A DNA stretch of 64,000 nucleotides from Eledone cirrhosa. Lineage: Eukaryota. The notes beneath the pieces were generated by a model, which saw only the letters and a list, made by a program, of their open reading frames with translations, ran no database searches and was not told where the DNA came from. The stretch lies in the NCBI GenBank assembly GCA_964016885.1, contig OZ024744.1:34844001-34908000 (forward strand), in the 5' to 3' direction. Of the stretch, positions 1-12,930 are shown piece by piece. Each line of letters begins with the position of its first letter. The first letter of the stretch is position 1. The translations under genes and the position numbers were made by a program.

Positions 1-235
1 TTTGCCTTTCATTCTTACGTGGTCGATAAAATAAAATAACAGTAATACACTGGAGTAATTGCTTGCCTTGTGCCAAAAGTAGAAACAATTATTATAAAAT
101 AAAGTACCAGTAATGCACTGGAGTAATTGCTGACCTTGTGCCTAAAGTAGAAGCAATTATTATAAAATAAAGTACCAGTAATGCACTGAGGTAAGAGGTA
201 ATTGATGGCTTTGTACCAAAAGTAGAAACAATTAT
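1..235 (+). mobile_element. SINE family A 3' part with its terminal segment triplicated
   Basis: gcctttcattcttacgtggtcgataaaataaa, then three copies of ataaaataaagtaccagtaatgcactg...aaagtagaaacaattatt. Confidence 0.8.
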
Positions 236-237
236 TC

Positions 238-269
<32 letters not shown>

Positions 270-669
270 CGTTGACATTCGTATATTCAGCAGCTGTTTG
301 GAAAGTCATCATTTCCGTTTTGTTCGTGTTGTAGCAATGTTGCTTCTGATTATGTTGTTTTGTTTTTTGTGTTGTTAAATGTATTTTTTTTTTTTTTTTT
401 TTTTTTTAGTAAACAATAAATATTTTCTTCCGTCTTATTACATATGCTATTCGTTCCATCATCCATGAAGAGCTTTTAGTAGGAAATTATTTAACAAAAT
501 AGACAAATAAACGAACAATCAAACAATAATATTAATATGAAAAAAGCACTTACAAGAATGACAGTGGTAGCAGGTTGTCACATCAGCTGAATATGTTCTT
601 TTATATGGAGATTAACGAACGAAAGGCATGTCTGTCCCATTATATTTTGTATGAAAGTGTGTGTGTGTG

Positions 670-700
<31 letters not shown>

Positions 701-959
701 CTATATATATGTGTGTGTAAAAGGTAAACAGAAATAACAATATGTGTGTGTGTCTGTGTTTGTAAAAGGTAAGCAGAATATAATAACAATATACATATGT
801 ATATAATAACAATATATATAAATATATATATATGTGTGTGTGTGTGTGTGTAAAAGGTAAACAGAAATAACAATATATATATGTGTGTGTGTGCAAAATG
901 GTTGTGTTTAGGAAGCCGTTAGAATGCAGGTGGCTTTGAAATGCCAATTTTTTAGGAGT

Positions 960-1203
960 ATGGGGAAAGTCGATTAAATCGATCTCACTGCATTACAGGT
1001 ACTTTATTATATCGATCTCGTAATGATGAAAGGCAAAGCTAACTTCGGCGGGATTTGAACTCAGAACTGTCAATCCACCTTCTGAGTAATAATATAATAA
1101 TTGTTTCTACATTTGGTACAAGGCCAGCAATTACCCAGTGCATTACTGGTACTTTATTTTATCGACCCCGTAAGGATGAAAGGCAAAGTCAACCTCGGCG
1201 GGA
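960..1203 (-). mobile_element. two SINE family A fragments
   Basis: Reverse complement of the family A body (gatgaaaggcaaag, gggatttgaactcag B box). Confidence 0.75.
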
Positions 1204-2049
1204 TAATATAATAATATAATATAATAATATATAATATAATAATAATATAATATAATAATAATGTAATAATATAATAATAAACTGGCAACCTCAACAAGCT
1301 TGTTTGGCGAGGAGGGTGATTTTTAGAAACCCCGCGGGATGAAAAACGAAACTCATCAAAGGGTGGAGGAATTCAGGAGAGTTAACAGCCATCCAAAGAT
1401 TCGTAAAATCCCCTGCTGTGGAGTACAAAATATTAGATTGATGACCAGCGCAGGGTAGCTCACTTCAATTTTAAGGTTTGGGTGCCCCTTAAAATCGTTT
1501 ACGTCACCTTCTAGAGATGGTGTCACAAAACAAAATATATATATATATATATATACCTGTCATGGTGGAACCTTAGAACCACTAACTTCAAAGAGTGAAA
1601 TGAATCAAAACATTTGTTTAGTCAAAGACGTGAATGGTAGTGGAGCTACTAGTGATATGCCTCGTCCAGTAGGTGGTTGAGCAGCATAGGCCCGGTCGTC
1701 ATCATGACATTGCTAATATGAAGTGGAGTAAGGAGTAAACAAGGTTGTTATGGAGTGTTATTTTAGAAGCAGGCCTGTGAATGGAAATGGTGTGTCAATA
1801 TAGACAAAGGATGTTACAGGTACGACAGGAGATGGGGCTCTTTGAATTAACTGGGCAGAAGATTTGTGATTAGGCAAGGGCAATACGCAGAAACGGATGG
1901 TTATCTGAGATTCAGATTGACATGATAACGAAAAATATAAACCAGGAAGGTGTGGAGGATATAGAAACTCAGGAATCCAACAGGAAGAATATTCGATGTG
2001 ATGCGGGGGGGGGGGACACATTAACATTGATGAACTGAAGGACATATCA

Positions 2050-2865
2050 GAAAAAGACAGATGGATGATTGTTGATATATTGGAGATATATTGGAGGCAG
2101 TAATCAAAAAAGTTTAAAACAGCAAACCAACGTCAGCTAATAGAAATAACTAACAAAGTAAACAACATCCTTGACAAGGTGTCAACTAGAACCACCACAG
2201 AAACCAACAATCTAATCAGCGCTACAAGTATCTCCATTGCTAAAGAGTTAGGTTTGAAACAAACTACACTGAAGCAGATCAAGGAACCATGGCGGAAAAG
2301 GAGAATTGAAGCGGACATCAAATGCTTAGGAAAGATATTAAATATTCTGGAAAGGGAAAAACGAGATGAATTAAGAAAAGGGGAAACGATTGAACAACTT
2401 TCAGGGAATTACAATATCAGGAGAAAGAAGATTACTACGGTAATTGAGGAGCTGAAACAAAAGGTACTTGCCAAAGCTGCAAAGATTAAGAATGTACGTT
2501 TCCAACAAAATCAAAAGAGATTCTAACAGGAGGTATATGGTATGGCTGGGAATGGTGATGTAATCCCTGATGCAGATGAAAGTAAGAAGTTTTGGAATGA
2601 TATATGGAGTATAGGAAAAGAGCACAGTAGAAGTGTGGAGAGGCTGACATAAAATGACATTGGGCATAATCAACAGGGAGAATTGGTGATAACAACTAAT
2701 GTGGTAACTATCCAGTGTAGAAAGATAACATATTGGAAAAGTCTCGACAGAGACGGTGTGCAACGGTTCTGGTTGAAAAAACTAAAGGCCCTTCATGGGA
2801 GAATTGCTGTGCAACTGAATGGGGAAGAGAGGTTGCCAGAATGGCAATCTTGAAGGACCCCAGAA
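2050..2865 (+). mobile_element. R4/Dong-clade non-LTR retrotransposon fragment (pre-RT region), degenerate
   Basis: [38 protein letters not shown] resembles the R4/Dong ORF N-terminal to RT; stops and frameshifts present. Confidence 0.6.
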
Positions 2866-2875
2866 ATAATAATAA

Positions 2876-3010
2876 TAATTGTTTCTACTTTTGGCACAAG
2901 GCCAGCAATTACCCAGTACATTACTGGTACTTTATTTTATCGACCCCGTAAGGATGAAAGCAAAGTCAACCTCGGCGGCATTTGAACTCAGACCGTAAAG
3001 GGACGTAACT
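2876..3010 (-). mobile_element. SINE family A fragment
   Basis: Matches the family A body and tail in reverse. Confidence 0.8.
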
Positions 3011-3499
3011 AATAATAATTCAGTGTCGGTTTTTCTTTGTTTAAAATGAAATTTATAAAAGAGACTACAAAAATAAACGTTTAACAACTTCTCCAAAATA
3101 ATAATTACGATTGCTTATTGGCCATAAAGGTTCATGACGTTTTATTTACAATTGTATAAATTTATAGTTGAATAATATTACAAAAGAGGGCTCGATAAGG
3201 ATAAATATATATCAAATATATAAGAACCGTAGAGTAAATATTTATTAAAATAACAGATTAACGTTTAAGCAAAGAATCGCTGCTTAAATAACGAATATTT
3301 TCACGTATTGTCTGTAACATTGTTTGTTTTAAATATATACATAAATAACATTACGTGTTCAGGACATTACAAATATGTTTAAATCGTGTATAGAAATATA
3401 ATTCATTGAACAATAATGATAAAGGAAAGAAAAAGGAAATGGGGGAGGGAGCAATTCACCACCAAGTGTGACAATCTGCAACACCTCACATCTTAGGAG

Positions 3500-4080
3500 T
3501 TAACTACACACTTTCAGGCAAGCCAACACGCTCGCAGCATTACCACGGGTGATGGCGAGGCTAAGGCGCTGAAATAACCAAACACCCTCACGGGCATCAG
3601 CCGACACCTCAGTAAGGTGAGCTGCCAGTGAAGACAAGAACTTCACTGACAGTGGCCCGACTCCACCAAACGTCTCGAACGCCACATGCTGGAAAAAATA
3701 ATTGTTTGGTAAGTCCTGGTATTTCCGAATTTTATTCTGTTTGGCAGCGGAAGCAGTGACCCCAACATTTACCATGGCGTCCATGATGTGGAAGGGGGTA
3801 AAAAGAGTCGCTAACTGTGATGTCCCAGATGAGACACCTTCATCTCACCCAGGGACAAAGGGTAAGATTGTCTGGTCTCTTCCCATCACTTCTGGATATA
3901 CCAAGAACTGTGGAGATATTTACCCAAGCCAGAACCCGTTTGATGATCAGGTTTAGCTCGGTGTGACGGGCAATACGACCAACATTCAGGCGTCTGGACA
4001 AACCATGTAAACCTGTGGAGTCGAGGGACCTACCGCAGCGGCATCTCAGACCCCCCACAGGCGTCGGCTCCCACACGAAG
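3500..4080 (-). mobile_element. CRE-like non-LTR retrotransposon 3' fragment (CCHC finger plus restriction-like endonuclease)
   Basis: CRCG..LDSTGLHGLS..GRIARHTELN..DGKRPD..PW, then KIRKYQDL..VAFETFGGVG..LFQRLSLAITRGNAASVL; frameshifted. Confidence 0.75.
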
Positions 4081-5262
4081 TGCAATGGAGATGCGGAGTA
4101 TTTAATTCTGATAATATTCGTCAAGAAATTCATTTTTACTTTTCAGTAGAATATGTTAATTATAATTTCATGTTTAACTTGTTTGTTTTTGTTAAATTAC
4201 ATGAGCTTGATAATGAGAAAATTAGTTGGATTACTAAGTCCCTCCAAAATTCTAAATTTTTTTTAAAAGCATTTGAAAATCATTGACAGTGTCTTTCATT
4301 AGAAATATGGCAATGAAACAGAAACAGTTAAAGAAGCACACACAGAGGAACATGCACATTTGCAGCGATGCAAGTTATTTGGTTGTAGCGTGTGAAGAGT
4401 TGGTATTAGTTTGGTTTTGTTATTCACTTTTGTGTGGCAAAATTTGTGGTAGTAACAGTTGGCTTCGTCGGTGATTCCGTGAATTGCTTCCTCTCATATA
4501 AGCGCTATGGAAATGTTTGTGACTTATGGCAAATGAATTGTGTCTGTGTCTCATTGAGTCGATATGTGTGGCTATTTTCGTTGCCATAATCAACAATAAC
4601 AAACACCGATACTTTACTAATCTTTATTAAGAAATAACTATTAAGAAATAACTAACGTCGAAGCTATTTTGACAACACAGGAAAACAACAAAGAATCAAA
4701 CGTAATTGCATGTTATGTTTGTGTAAATACTGTAATAATCTGACAACATGCATGGAACTAACCTTTATCGAAGTGCCAACCCTTTTGAGAGGGCTGGAGT
4801 GTTTTGGCTAAGTGCTACATCCCTCTGCTTCCTGGAGTAAGCTCTATGTGATGTCTCTTTTGCGAGACGAGAGTAGAATGGTTTGAAGAAAGTGTTGTAT
4901 TTGATAACCTGAAAATGACTCTAGTGGGATGATTTCCTAAGACTGATTGACGTCAATATTTGAAACAAAGAAAATGGCTCTTCCAACGCATCTCCTTTAC
5001 CTTCCTCCGGGAAAAAGCCTTCTACATCCTGTCCGCCGGGGCTATGGTGAAGCCAGCACGTGGGATCCCATTTGTTCAGCATACGGATTAACCACACTGT
5101 TTGGCATGTTCACAGTTTAAAGACTTAAATAAGTAATAGAATAAAAAAGAATAAATGTTGCTACATGAACTACGACTTCACACTTATTTCCAATGTATGT
5201 TCTTTCATATCATATTTTTCGTATATATATATATATTTTTTTTTTTTTCTTTTTTTTTTTAG

Positions 5263-5707
5263 GTTTCATATGGGCTGAATGTAAACAGCTGTGGGAAGAA
5301 GGACTAAAAGCTTATGTTCGCCAGTGGTGGAATTGGCTGGATTTTATTATGTTATCACTCTACCTGGCTACATTTTCGTTACGAATTGTGGCCTACATTC
5401 AAGTAGAATCAGGAAAATATGGACCCGACAACATGCAAAGAAAGAACTGGCCAGTTAATGACCCAACCCTTATATCTGAAGGACTTTTTGCTGTTGCAAA
5501 TGTTTTTAGCTTTGCTCGAATTATATTTTTGTTCCAAGCGAACCAACACTTAGGGCCATTACAAATATCCTTGGGGTGTATGTTGATAGACATTGCAAAG
5601 TTTTTATTTATATTCTTCTTGGTTTTGACGTCATTTGCGTGTGGTCTCAATCAGCTCTACTGGTACTATAACCCAAGTAACAACCCTGGAAATAGAGCAT
5701 TTTCAAC
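5263..5707 (+). CDS. TRPC: TRPC-family (TRP/TRPL/TRP-gamma-like) channel, internal exon covering S2-S5
   Basis: Polypyrimidine tract plus AG at 5261-5262 and GTAAGT donor at 5708. Translation [75 protein letters not shown] is typical of TRPC transmembrane segments. Confidence 0.95.
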
Positions 5708-5785
5708 GTAAGTAATAACTTTCTACAACATATTTTACTTTTTATGTATCAAAAATTTATCGAAATTATCTACCGTGGATTTAGG

Positions 5786-5973
5786 GGTGGATTGGCAGTA
5801 CCGATAGAGGGTCAGACGCCATGCTTTGACGCATAGAGTTACGGCCCTTGCCATTCTGAGTTCAAATCCCTCCGAGGTTAACTTTGCCTTTCATCCTTAC
5901 GGGGGTCGATAAAATAAAGTACCAGTAATGTACTGGGTTATTGCTGGCCTTGTGCCAAAAGTAGAAACAATTA
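5786..5973 (+). mobile_element. tRNA-derived SINE family A
   Basis: A box tggcagtaccgatagag, B box gagttcaaatccc, body gcctttcatcc..gtcgataaaataaagtaccag. Confidence 0.85.
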
Positions 5974-6693
5974 TCTACCGTCTATCGCTTCACAGAAAAA
6001 CTTTATTGTTGTTGATTAGGGCCATGTTGGCTAAGCTCAAGCAGTCATCATAACATATCCAGAGTTGTTGCCGTAACTTATAAAATATCACATTCATTCA
6101 TCTTACATTCAATTTTTAAACGAATTTTAGTTAATTTCAATTCCAAGGTTGTCTTCCCTGTTATTTTTAACTACAATTAATCATTAAGATAATGAATATT
6201 TTTGTATTTCCTCTTACCATAAATGTTCATGTATACGTTGTATCTTTTCTCATAAAAATATGTGAAAACCCAGCACGTATTTTATCAATTAGACTTACAA
6301 AACCTCAATTCAATATATCTGCCATGAAAGTCAACTATAACAGTTAGCATCAGGAAAGCATCTGGCCATAAAACACTGCTTCAAAATGCCCCATCCAACC
6401 CATGTCAACATGGAAAAACAAACATAAAATCAAGGATGACAATGATGATAATTGTTAATATCATACGTAAAATAGAGGTGCTATTTATCCATGAGCATTT
6501 GCAGCATGTTTGTGTGTGTGTGTCACTGGGTTGTATTGCCTAAGATGCTGTTTGTAGAAGTCCTGTCAATAATTGCGTAATGGCATCAATGGAAAGTAAA
6601 GACTGACACCGCAGAAATGCGTATTAAGCATATTACGTAATAAAGGGAATGCTGGAAATCTTGATTTCGTATTCATTATTATTGTACGGATAG

Positions 6694-6915
6694 AGCGGTG
6701 GATTGACAGTATCCATAGAGGGTCGGGCGCCATGCTTTGCAGCATAGAGTTACGGCCCTTTACATTCTAAGTTCAAATCCCGCCGAGGTTAATTTTTCCT
6801 TTCATCCTTACTGGGTCGATAAAATAAAGTACCAGTCACGCACTGGGGTCGATTTAATCGACTTTCCTCTCCCCCAAAATTGTTGGCATTGTGCCTATAT
6901 AAGAAACCATTATTA
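6694..6915 (+). mobile_element. tRNA-derived SINE family A variant
   Basis: Same head and body as family A, with an alternative 3' end (ggggtcgatttaatcgac). Confidence 0.8.
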
Positions 6916-7289
6916 TTGTATGGATATTCTGTCATGTACTACACAGGTGATCCCACATTGCAATTGGAAAGATGCATGCGACGTTGAGTGCTTGATATAC
7001 TTATGCCATTATACAAACGTATTTATTTCACGAGGCTCGATAAGGATAAATATATATCAAATATATAAGAACCGTAGAGCAAATCCCGAGCAACGCCGGG
7101 CCAATCTGCTAGTAGCTCCTAAAATTCTTGAGCGCTTTGTGATGTAAAAGAGAATAAAAGCATTTACCTTCTCTGGAACTCTCCGAACATCCCCACACCA
7201 AGTAAGCTGACACCTGACAGATGTTCCTCAAGCAAGTGCATTCCTCATACAGAGAATGCGAGGACAAGGATTCCTTCTCGATTTGAAGA

Positions 7290-7463
7290 TAATAATTGTT
7301 TCTACTTTTGGTACAAGGCCAGCAATTACCCAGTACATTACTGGTACTTTATTTTATCGACCTGTAAGGATGAAAGGCAAAGTTAACCTCGGCGGGATTT
7401 GAACTCAGATCATAAAGGGACGTAACTCTATGCTTTAAAGCATGGTGTCCGACTCTCTACCGA
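7290..7463 (-). mobile_element. SINE family A
   Basis: Reverse-complement match to family A. Confidence 0.8.
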
Positions 7464-7652
7464 TAAACAGCGAACTTCAAGTGAAAGTCATAATTTCGAA
7501 AATAACGTATGGAAGAAGTTTATAGATAAATTGGAAATAAAACCCTAGAATGTCATTCGCTGTCAACAGAACCAAATATAGACCTTGGTGGCCCAGGCCA
7601 GTTCAGGGGTGCTGGGCCCCTAATATAAGAACACACATACACACACACACAC

Positions 7653-7752
<100 letters not shown>

Positions 7753-7959
7753 TTATAAAATCACCAACGTTTAACGTCCAATTTCCTCATTAACATTGGT
7801 TAGACGAGTAGTCCCATTGTAAGACAAGCCAAGTCATGTGACCATGTCTTGCTCATACAGAACTGATTTTGGCTTGGTTTCCACAGTTGGCTGCCTTTCC
7901 TAATGCCAACCACATTTACAGTGAGTACTGGGTGTTTTTTGTCCTGACACCTAAACGGC

Positions 7960-10900
7960 CACTTTACATTGTGGACTGGGCGCTTTTTATTGAGTCACCA
8001 ACACGACCACTTTACATTGTAGACTGGGCGCTTTTTATTGAGTCACCAACACGACCACTTTACAGTGTGGACTGGGCGCTTTTTATTGAGTCACCAACAC
8101 GACCACTTTACATTGTAGACTGGGCGCTTTTTATTGAGTCACCAACACGACCACTTTACAGTGTAGACTGGGCGCTTTTTATTGAGTCACCAACACAACC
8201 ACTTTACAGTGTGGACTGGGCGCTTTTTATTGAGTCACCAACACGACCACTTTTCAGTGTGGACTGGGCGCTTTTTATTGAGTCACCAACACGACCACTT
8301 TTCAGTGTGGACTGGGCGCTTTTTATTGAGTCACCAACACGACCACTTTTCAGTGTGGACTGGGCGCTTTTTATTGAGTCACCAACACGACCACTTTTCA
8401 GTGTGGACTGGGCGCTTTTTAGTGAGTCACCAACACGACCACTTTACATTGTGGACTGGGCGCTTTTTATTGAGTCACCAACACGACCACTTTTCAGTGT
8501 GGACTGGGCGCTTTTTATTAAGTCACCAACAAGACCACTTTACATTGTGGACTGGGCGCTTTTTATTGAGTCACCAACACGACCACTTTACAGTGTAGAC
8601 TGGGCGCTTTTTATTGAGTCACCAACACGACCACTTTACAGTGTAGACTGGGCGCTTTTTATTGAGTCACCAACACGACCACTTTACATTGTGGGCTGGG
8701 CGCTTTTTATTGAGTCACCAACACGACCACTTTACATTGTGGACTGGGCGCTTTTTATTGAGTCACCAACACGACCACTTTTCAGTGTGGGCTGGGAACT
8801 TTTTATTGAGTCACCAACACGACCACTTTACATTGTGGACTGGGCGCTTTTTATGAGTCACCAACACGACCACTTTACAGTGTGGACTGGGCGCTTTTTA
8901 TTGAGTCACCAACACGACCACTTTACAGTGTGGACTGGGCGCTTTTTATTGAGTCACCAACACGACCACTTTACATTGTGGACTGGGCGCTTTTTAGTGA
9001 GTCACCAACACGACCACTTTTCAGTGTGGACTGGGCGCTTTTTAATGAGTCACCAACACGACCACTTTACATTGTGGACTGGGCGCTTTTTATTGAGTCA
9101 CCAACACGACCACTTTTCAGTGTGGACTGGGCGCTTTTTAGTGAGTCACCAACACGACCACTTTTCAGTGTGGACTGGGCGCTTTTTATTGAGTCACCAA
9201 CACGACCACTTTACATTGTGGACTGGGCGCTTTTTATTGAGTCACCAACACGACCACTTTACATTGTGGACTGGGCGCTTTTTATTGAGTCACCAACACG
9301 ACCACTTTACAGTGTTGACGGCGCTTTTTATTGAGTCACCAACACGACCACTTTTCAGTGTGGACTGGGCGCTTTTTATTGAGTCACCAACACGACCACT
9401 TTTCAGTGTGGACTGGGCGCTTTTTATTGAGTCACCAACACGACCACTTTTCAGTGTGGACTGGGCGCTTTTTATTGAGTCACCAACACGACCACTTTAC
9501 ATTGTGGACTGGGCGCTTTTTATTGAGTCACCAACACGACCACTTTTCAGTGTGGACTGGGCGCTTTTTAGTGAGTCACCAACACGACCACTTTTCAGTG
9601 TGGACTGGGCGCTTTTTATTGAGTCACCAACACGACCACTTTACATTGTGGACTGGGCGCTTTTTATTGAGTCACAAACACGACCACTTTACATTGTGGA
9701 CTGGGCGCTTTTTATTGAGTCACCAACACGACCACTTTACATTGTGGACTGGGCGCTTTTTATTAAGTCACCAACACGACCACTTTTCAGTGTGGGCTGG
9801 GCGCTTTTTATTGAGTCACCAACACTACCACTTTACATTGTGGACTGGGCGCTTTTTATTGAGCCACCAACACGACCACTTTACAGTGTGGACTGGGCGC
9901 TTTTTATTGAGTCACCAACACGACCACTTATCAGTGTGGACTGGGCGCTTTTTAGTGAGTCACCAACACGACCACTTTACAGTGTGGACTGGGCGCTTTT
10001 TATTGAGTCACCAACACGACCACTTTACAGTGTTGACGGCGCTTTTTATTGAGTCACCAACACGACCACTTTTCAGTGTGGACTGGGCGCTTTTTATTGA
10101 GTCACCAACACGACCACTTTTCAGTGTGGACTGGGCGCTTTTTATTGAGTCACCAACACGACCACTTTTCAGTGTGGACTGGGCGCTTTTTAATGAGTCA
10201 CCAACACGACCACTTTACATTGTGGACTGGGCGCTTTTTATTGAGTCACCAACACGACCACTTTTCAGTGTGGACTGGGCGCTTTTTAGTGAGTCACCAA
10301 CACGACCACTTTTCAGTGTGGACTGGGCGCTTTTTATTGAGTCACCAACACGACCACTTTACATTGTGGACTGGGCGCTTTTTATTGAGTCACCAACACG
10401 ACCACTTTACATTGTGGACTGGGCGCTTTTTATTGAGTCACCAACACGACCACTTTACATTGTGGACTGGGCGCTTTTTATTAAGTCACCAACACGACCA
10501 CTTTTCAGTGTGGGCTGGGCGCTTTTTATTGAGTCACCAACACGACCACTTTACATTGTGGACTGGGCGCTTTTTATTGAGTCACCAACACGACCACTTT
10601 ACAGTGTGGACTGGGCGCTTTTTATTGAGTCACCAACACGACCACTTTTCAGTGTGGACTGGGCGCTTTTTATTGAGTCACCAACACGACCACTTTTCAG
10701 TGTGGACTGGGCGCTTTTTAGTGAGTCACCAACACGACCACTTTTCAGTGTGGACTGGGCGCTTTTTATTGAGTCACCAACACGACCACTTTACATTGTG
10801 GACTGGGCGCTTTTTATTGAGTCACCAACACGACCACTTTACATTGTGGACTGGGCGCTTTTTATTGAGTCACCAACACGACCACTTTACATTGTGGACT

Positions 10901-12670
10901 GGGCGCTTTTTATTAAGTCACCAACACGACCACTTTACAGTGTGGACTGGGCGCTTTTTATTGAGTCACCAACACGACCACTTTTCAGTGTGGACTGGGC
11001 GCTTTTTATTAAGTCACCAACACGACCACTTTACAGTGTGGACTAGGCGCTTTTTATTGAGTCACCAACACGACCACTTTACAGTGTGGACTGGGCGCTT
11101 TTTATTGAGTCACCAACACGACCACTTTACAGTGTAGACTGGGCGCTTTTTATTGAGTCACCAACACGACCACTTTTCAGTGTGGGCTGGGCGCTTTTTA
11201 TTGAGTCACCAACACGACCACTTTACATTGTGGACTGGGCGCTTTTTATTGAGTCACCAACACGACCACTTTTCAGTGTGGGCTGGGAACTTTTTATTGA
11301 GTCACCAACACGACCACTTTACATTGTGGACTGGGCGCTTTTTATGAGTCACCAACACGACCACTTTACAGTGTGGACTGGGCGCTTTTTATTGAGTCAC
11401 CAACACGACCACTTTACAGTGTGGACTGGGCGCTTTTTATTGAGTCACCAACACGACCACTTTTCAGTGTGGACTGGGCGCTTTTTAGTGAGTCACCAAC
11501 ACGACCACTTTTCAGTGTGGACTGGGCGCTTTTTAATGAGTCACCAACACGACCACTTTACATTGTGGACTGGGCGCTTTTTATTGAGTCACCAACACGA
11601 CCACTTTTCAGTGTGGACTGGGCGCTTTTTAGTGAGTCACCAACACGACCACTTTTCAGTGTGGACTGGGCGCTTTTTATTAAGTCACCAACACGACCAC
11701 TTTACATTGTGGACTGGGCGCTTTTTATTGAGTCACCAACACGACCACTTTACATTGTGGACTGGGCGCTTTTTATTGAGTCACCAACACGACCACTTTA
11801 CAGTGTTGACGGCGCTTTTTATTGAGTCACCAACACGACCACTTTTCAGTGTGGACTGGGCGCTTTTTATTGAGTCACCAACACGACCACTTTTCAGTGT
11901 GGACTGGGCGCTTTTTATTGAGTCACCAACACGACCACTTTTCAGTGTGGACTGGGCGCTTTTTAATGAGTCACCAACACGACCACTTTACATTGTGGAC
12001 TGGGCGCTTTTTATTGAGTCACCAACACGACCACTTTTCAGTGTGGACTGGGCGCTTTTTAGTGAGTCACCAACACGACCACTTTTCAGTGTGGACTGGG
12101 CGCTTTTTATTGAGTCACCAACACGACCACTTTACATTGTGGACTGGGCGCTTTTTATTGAGTCACCAACACGACCACTTTACATTGTGGACTGGGCGCT
12201 TTTTATTGAGTCACCAACACGACCACTTTACATTGTGGACTGGGCGCTTTTTATTAAGTCACCAACACGACCACTTTTCAGTGTGGGCTGGGCGCTTTTT
12301 ATTGAGTCACCAACACTACCACTTTACATTGTGGACTGGGCGCTTTTTATTGAGCCACCAACACGACCACTTTACAGTGTGGACTGGGCGCTTTTTATTG
12401 AGTCACCAACACGACCACTTATCAGTGTGGACTGGGCGCTTTTTAGTGAGTCACCAACACGACCACTTTACAGTGTGGACTGGGCGCTTTTTATTGAGTC
12501 ACCAACACGACCACTTTGCAGTGTGGACTGGGCGCTTTTTATTGAGTCACCAACACGACCACTTTACATTGTGGACTGGGCGCTTTTTATTGAGTCACCA
12601 ACACGACCACTTATCAGTGTGGGCTGGGCGCTTTTTGTCGTGGCACCAAAACGCCCACTTTTCAGTGTGA
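7960..12670. repeat. 48-bp minisatellite, about 98 copies
   Basis: Unit acacgaccactttacagtgtggactgggcgctttttattgagtcacca gives the 16-aa periodic ORFs in the track. Confidence 0.97.
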
Positions 12671-12930
12671 GCTGTGGACTTGAGTGGGGAGGTGCGTGAG
12701 GTTTGGGGAGCTGGATTAGGGGTCATGGGTAGAGTGTTAAGATGTGGGTGTGGCATTACGGCGTGAGAGGTGTATGGAAGGTGGATGGTGAGGAAGGAGG
12801 TATGTACTAGATGTATGCTTCAGTCGTGCACACGGGAAGGCGGATCTTCTGTATTACTGCATAACGCCAGAGATCTCGGTCCTATATCATCCCCTTTGAG
12901 AGGTGCAATTGTGCAGAGTCAGCTTTTATT
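12670..12930 (-). mobile_element. RTE LINE ORF end and 3' UTR remnant adjoining the minisatellite
   Basis: ggcggatcttctgtattactgc..agatctcg matches the RTE C-terminus at about 37790-37830. Confidence 0.6.

Noticed and set aside
5193-5262. ATG-initiated N-terminus of the 172-aa ORF
   Set aside because: This is intronic pyrimidine tract; the exon starts at 5263 and the gene start lies outside the window.
7869-12699. Long repetitive ORFs (727, 571 and 537 aa), or a CRISPR-like array
   Set aside because: A stop-free 48-bp unit explains the ORFs, and frames swap at single-base indels. There are no unique spacers and no cas genes, and the context is a eukaryotic intron.
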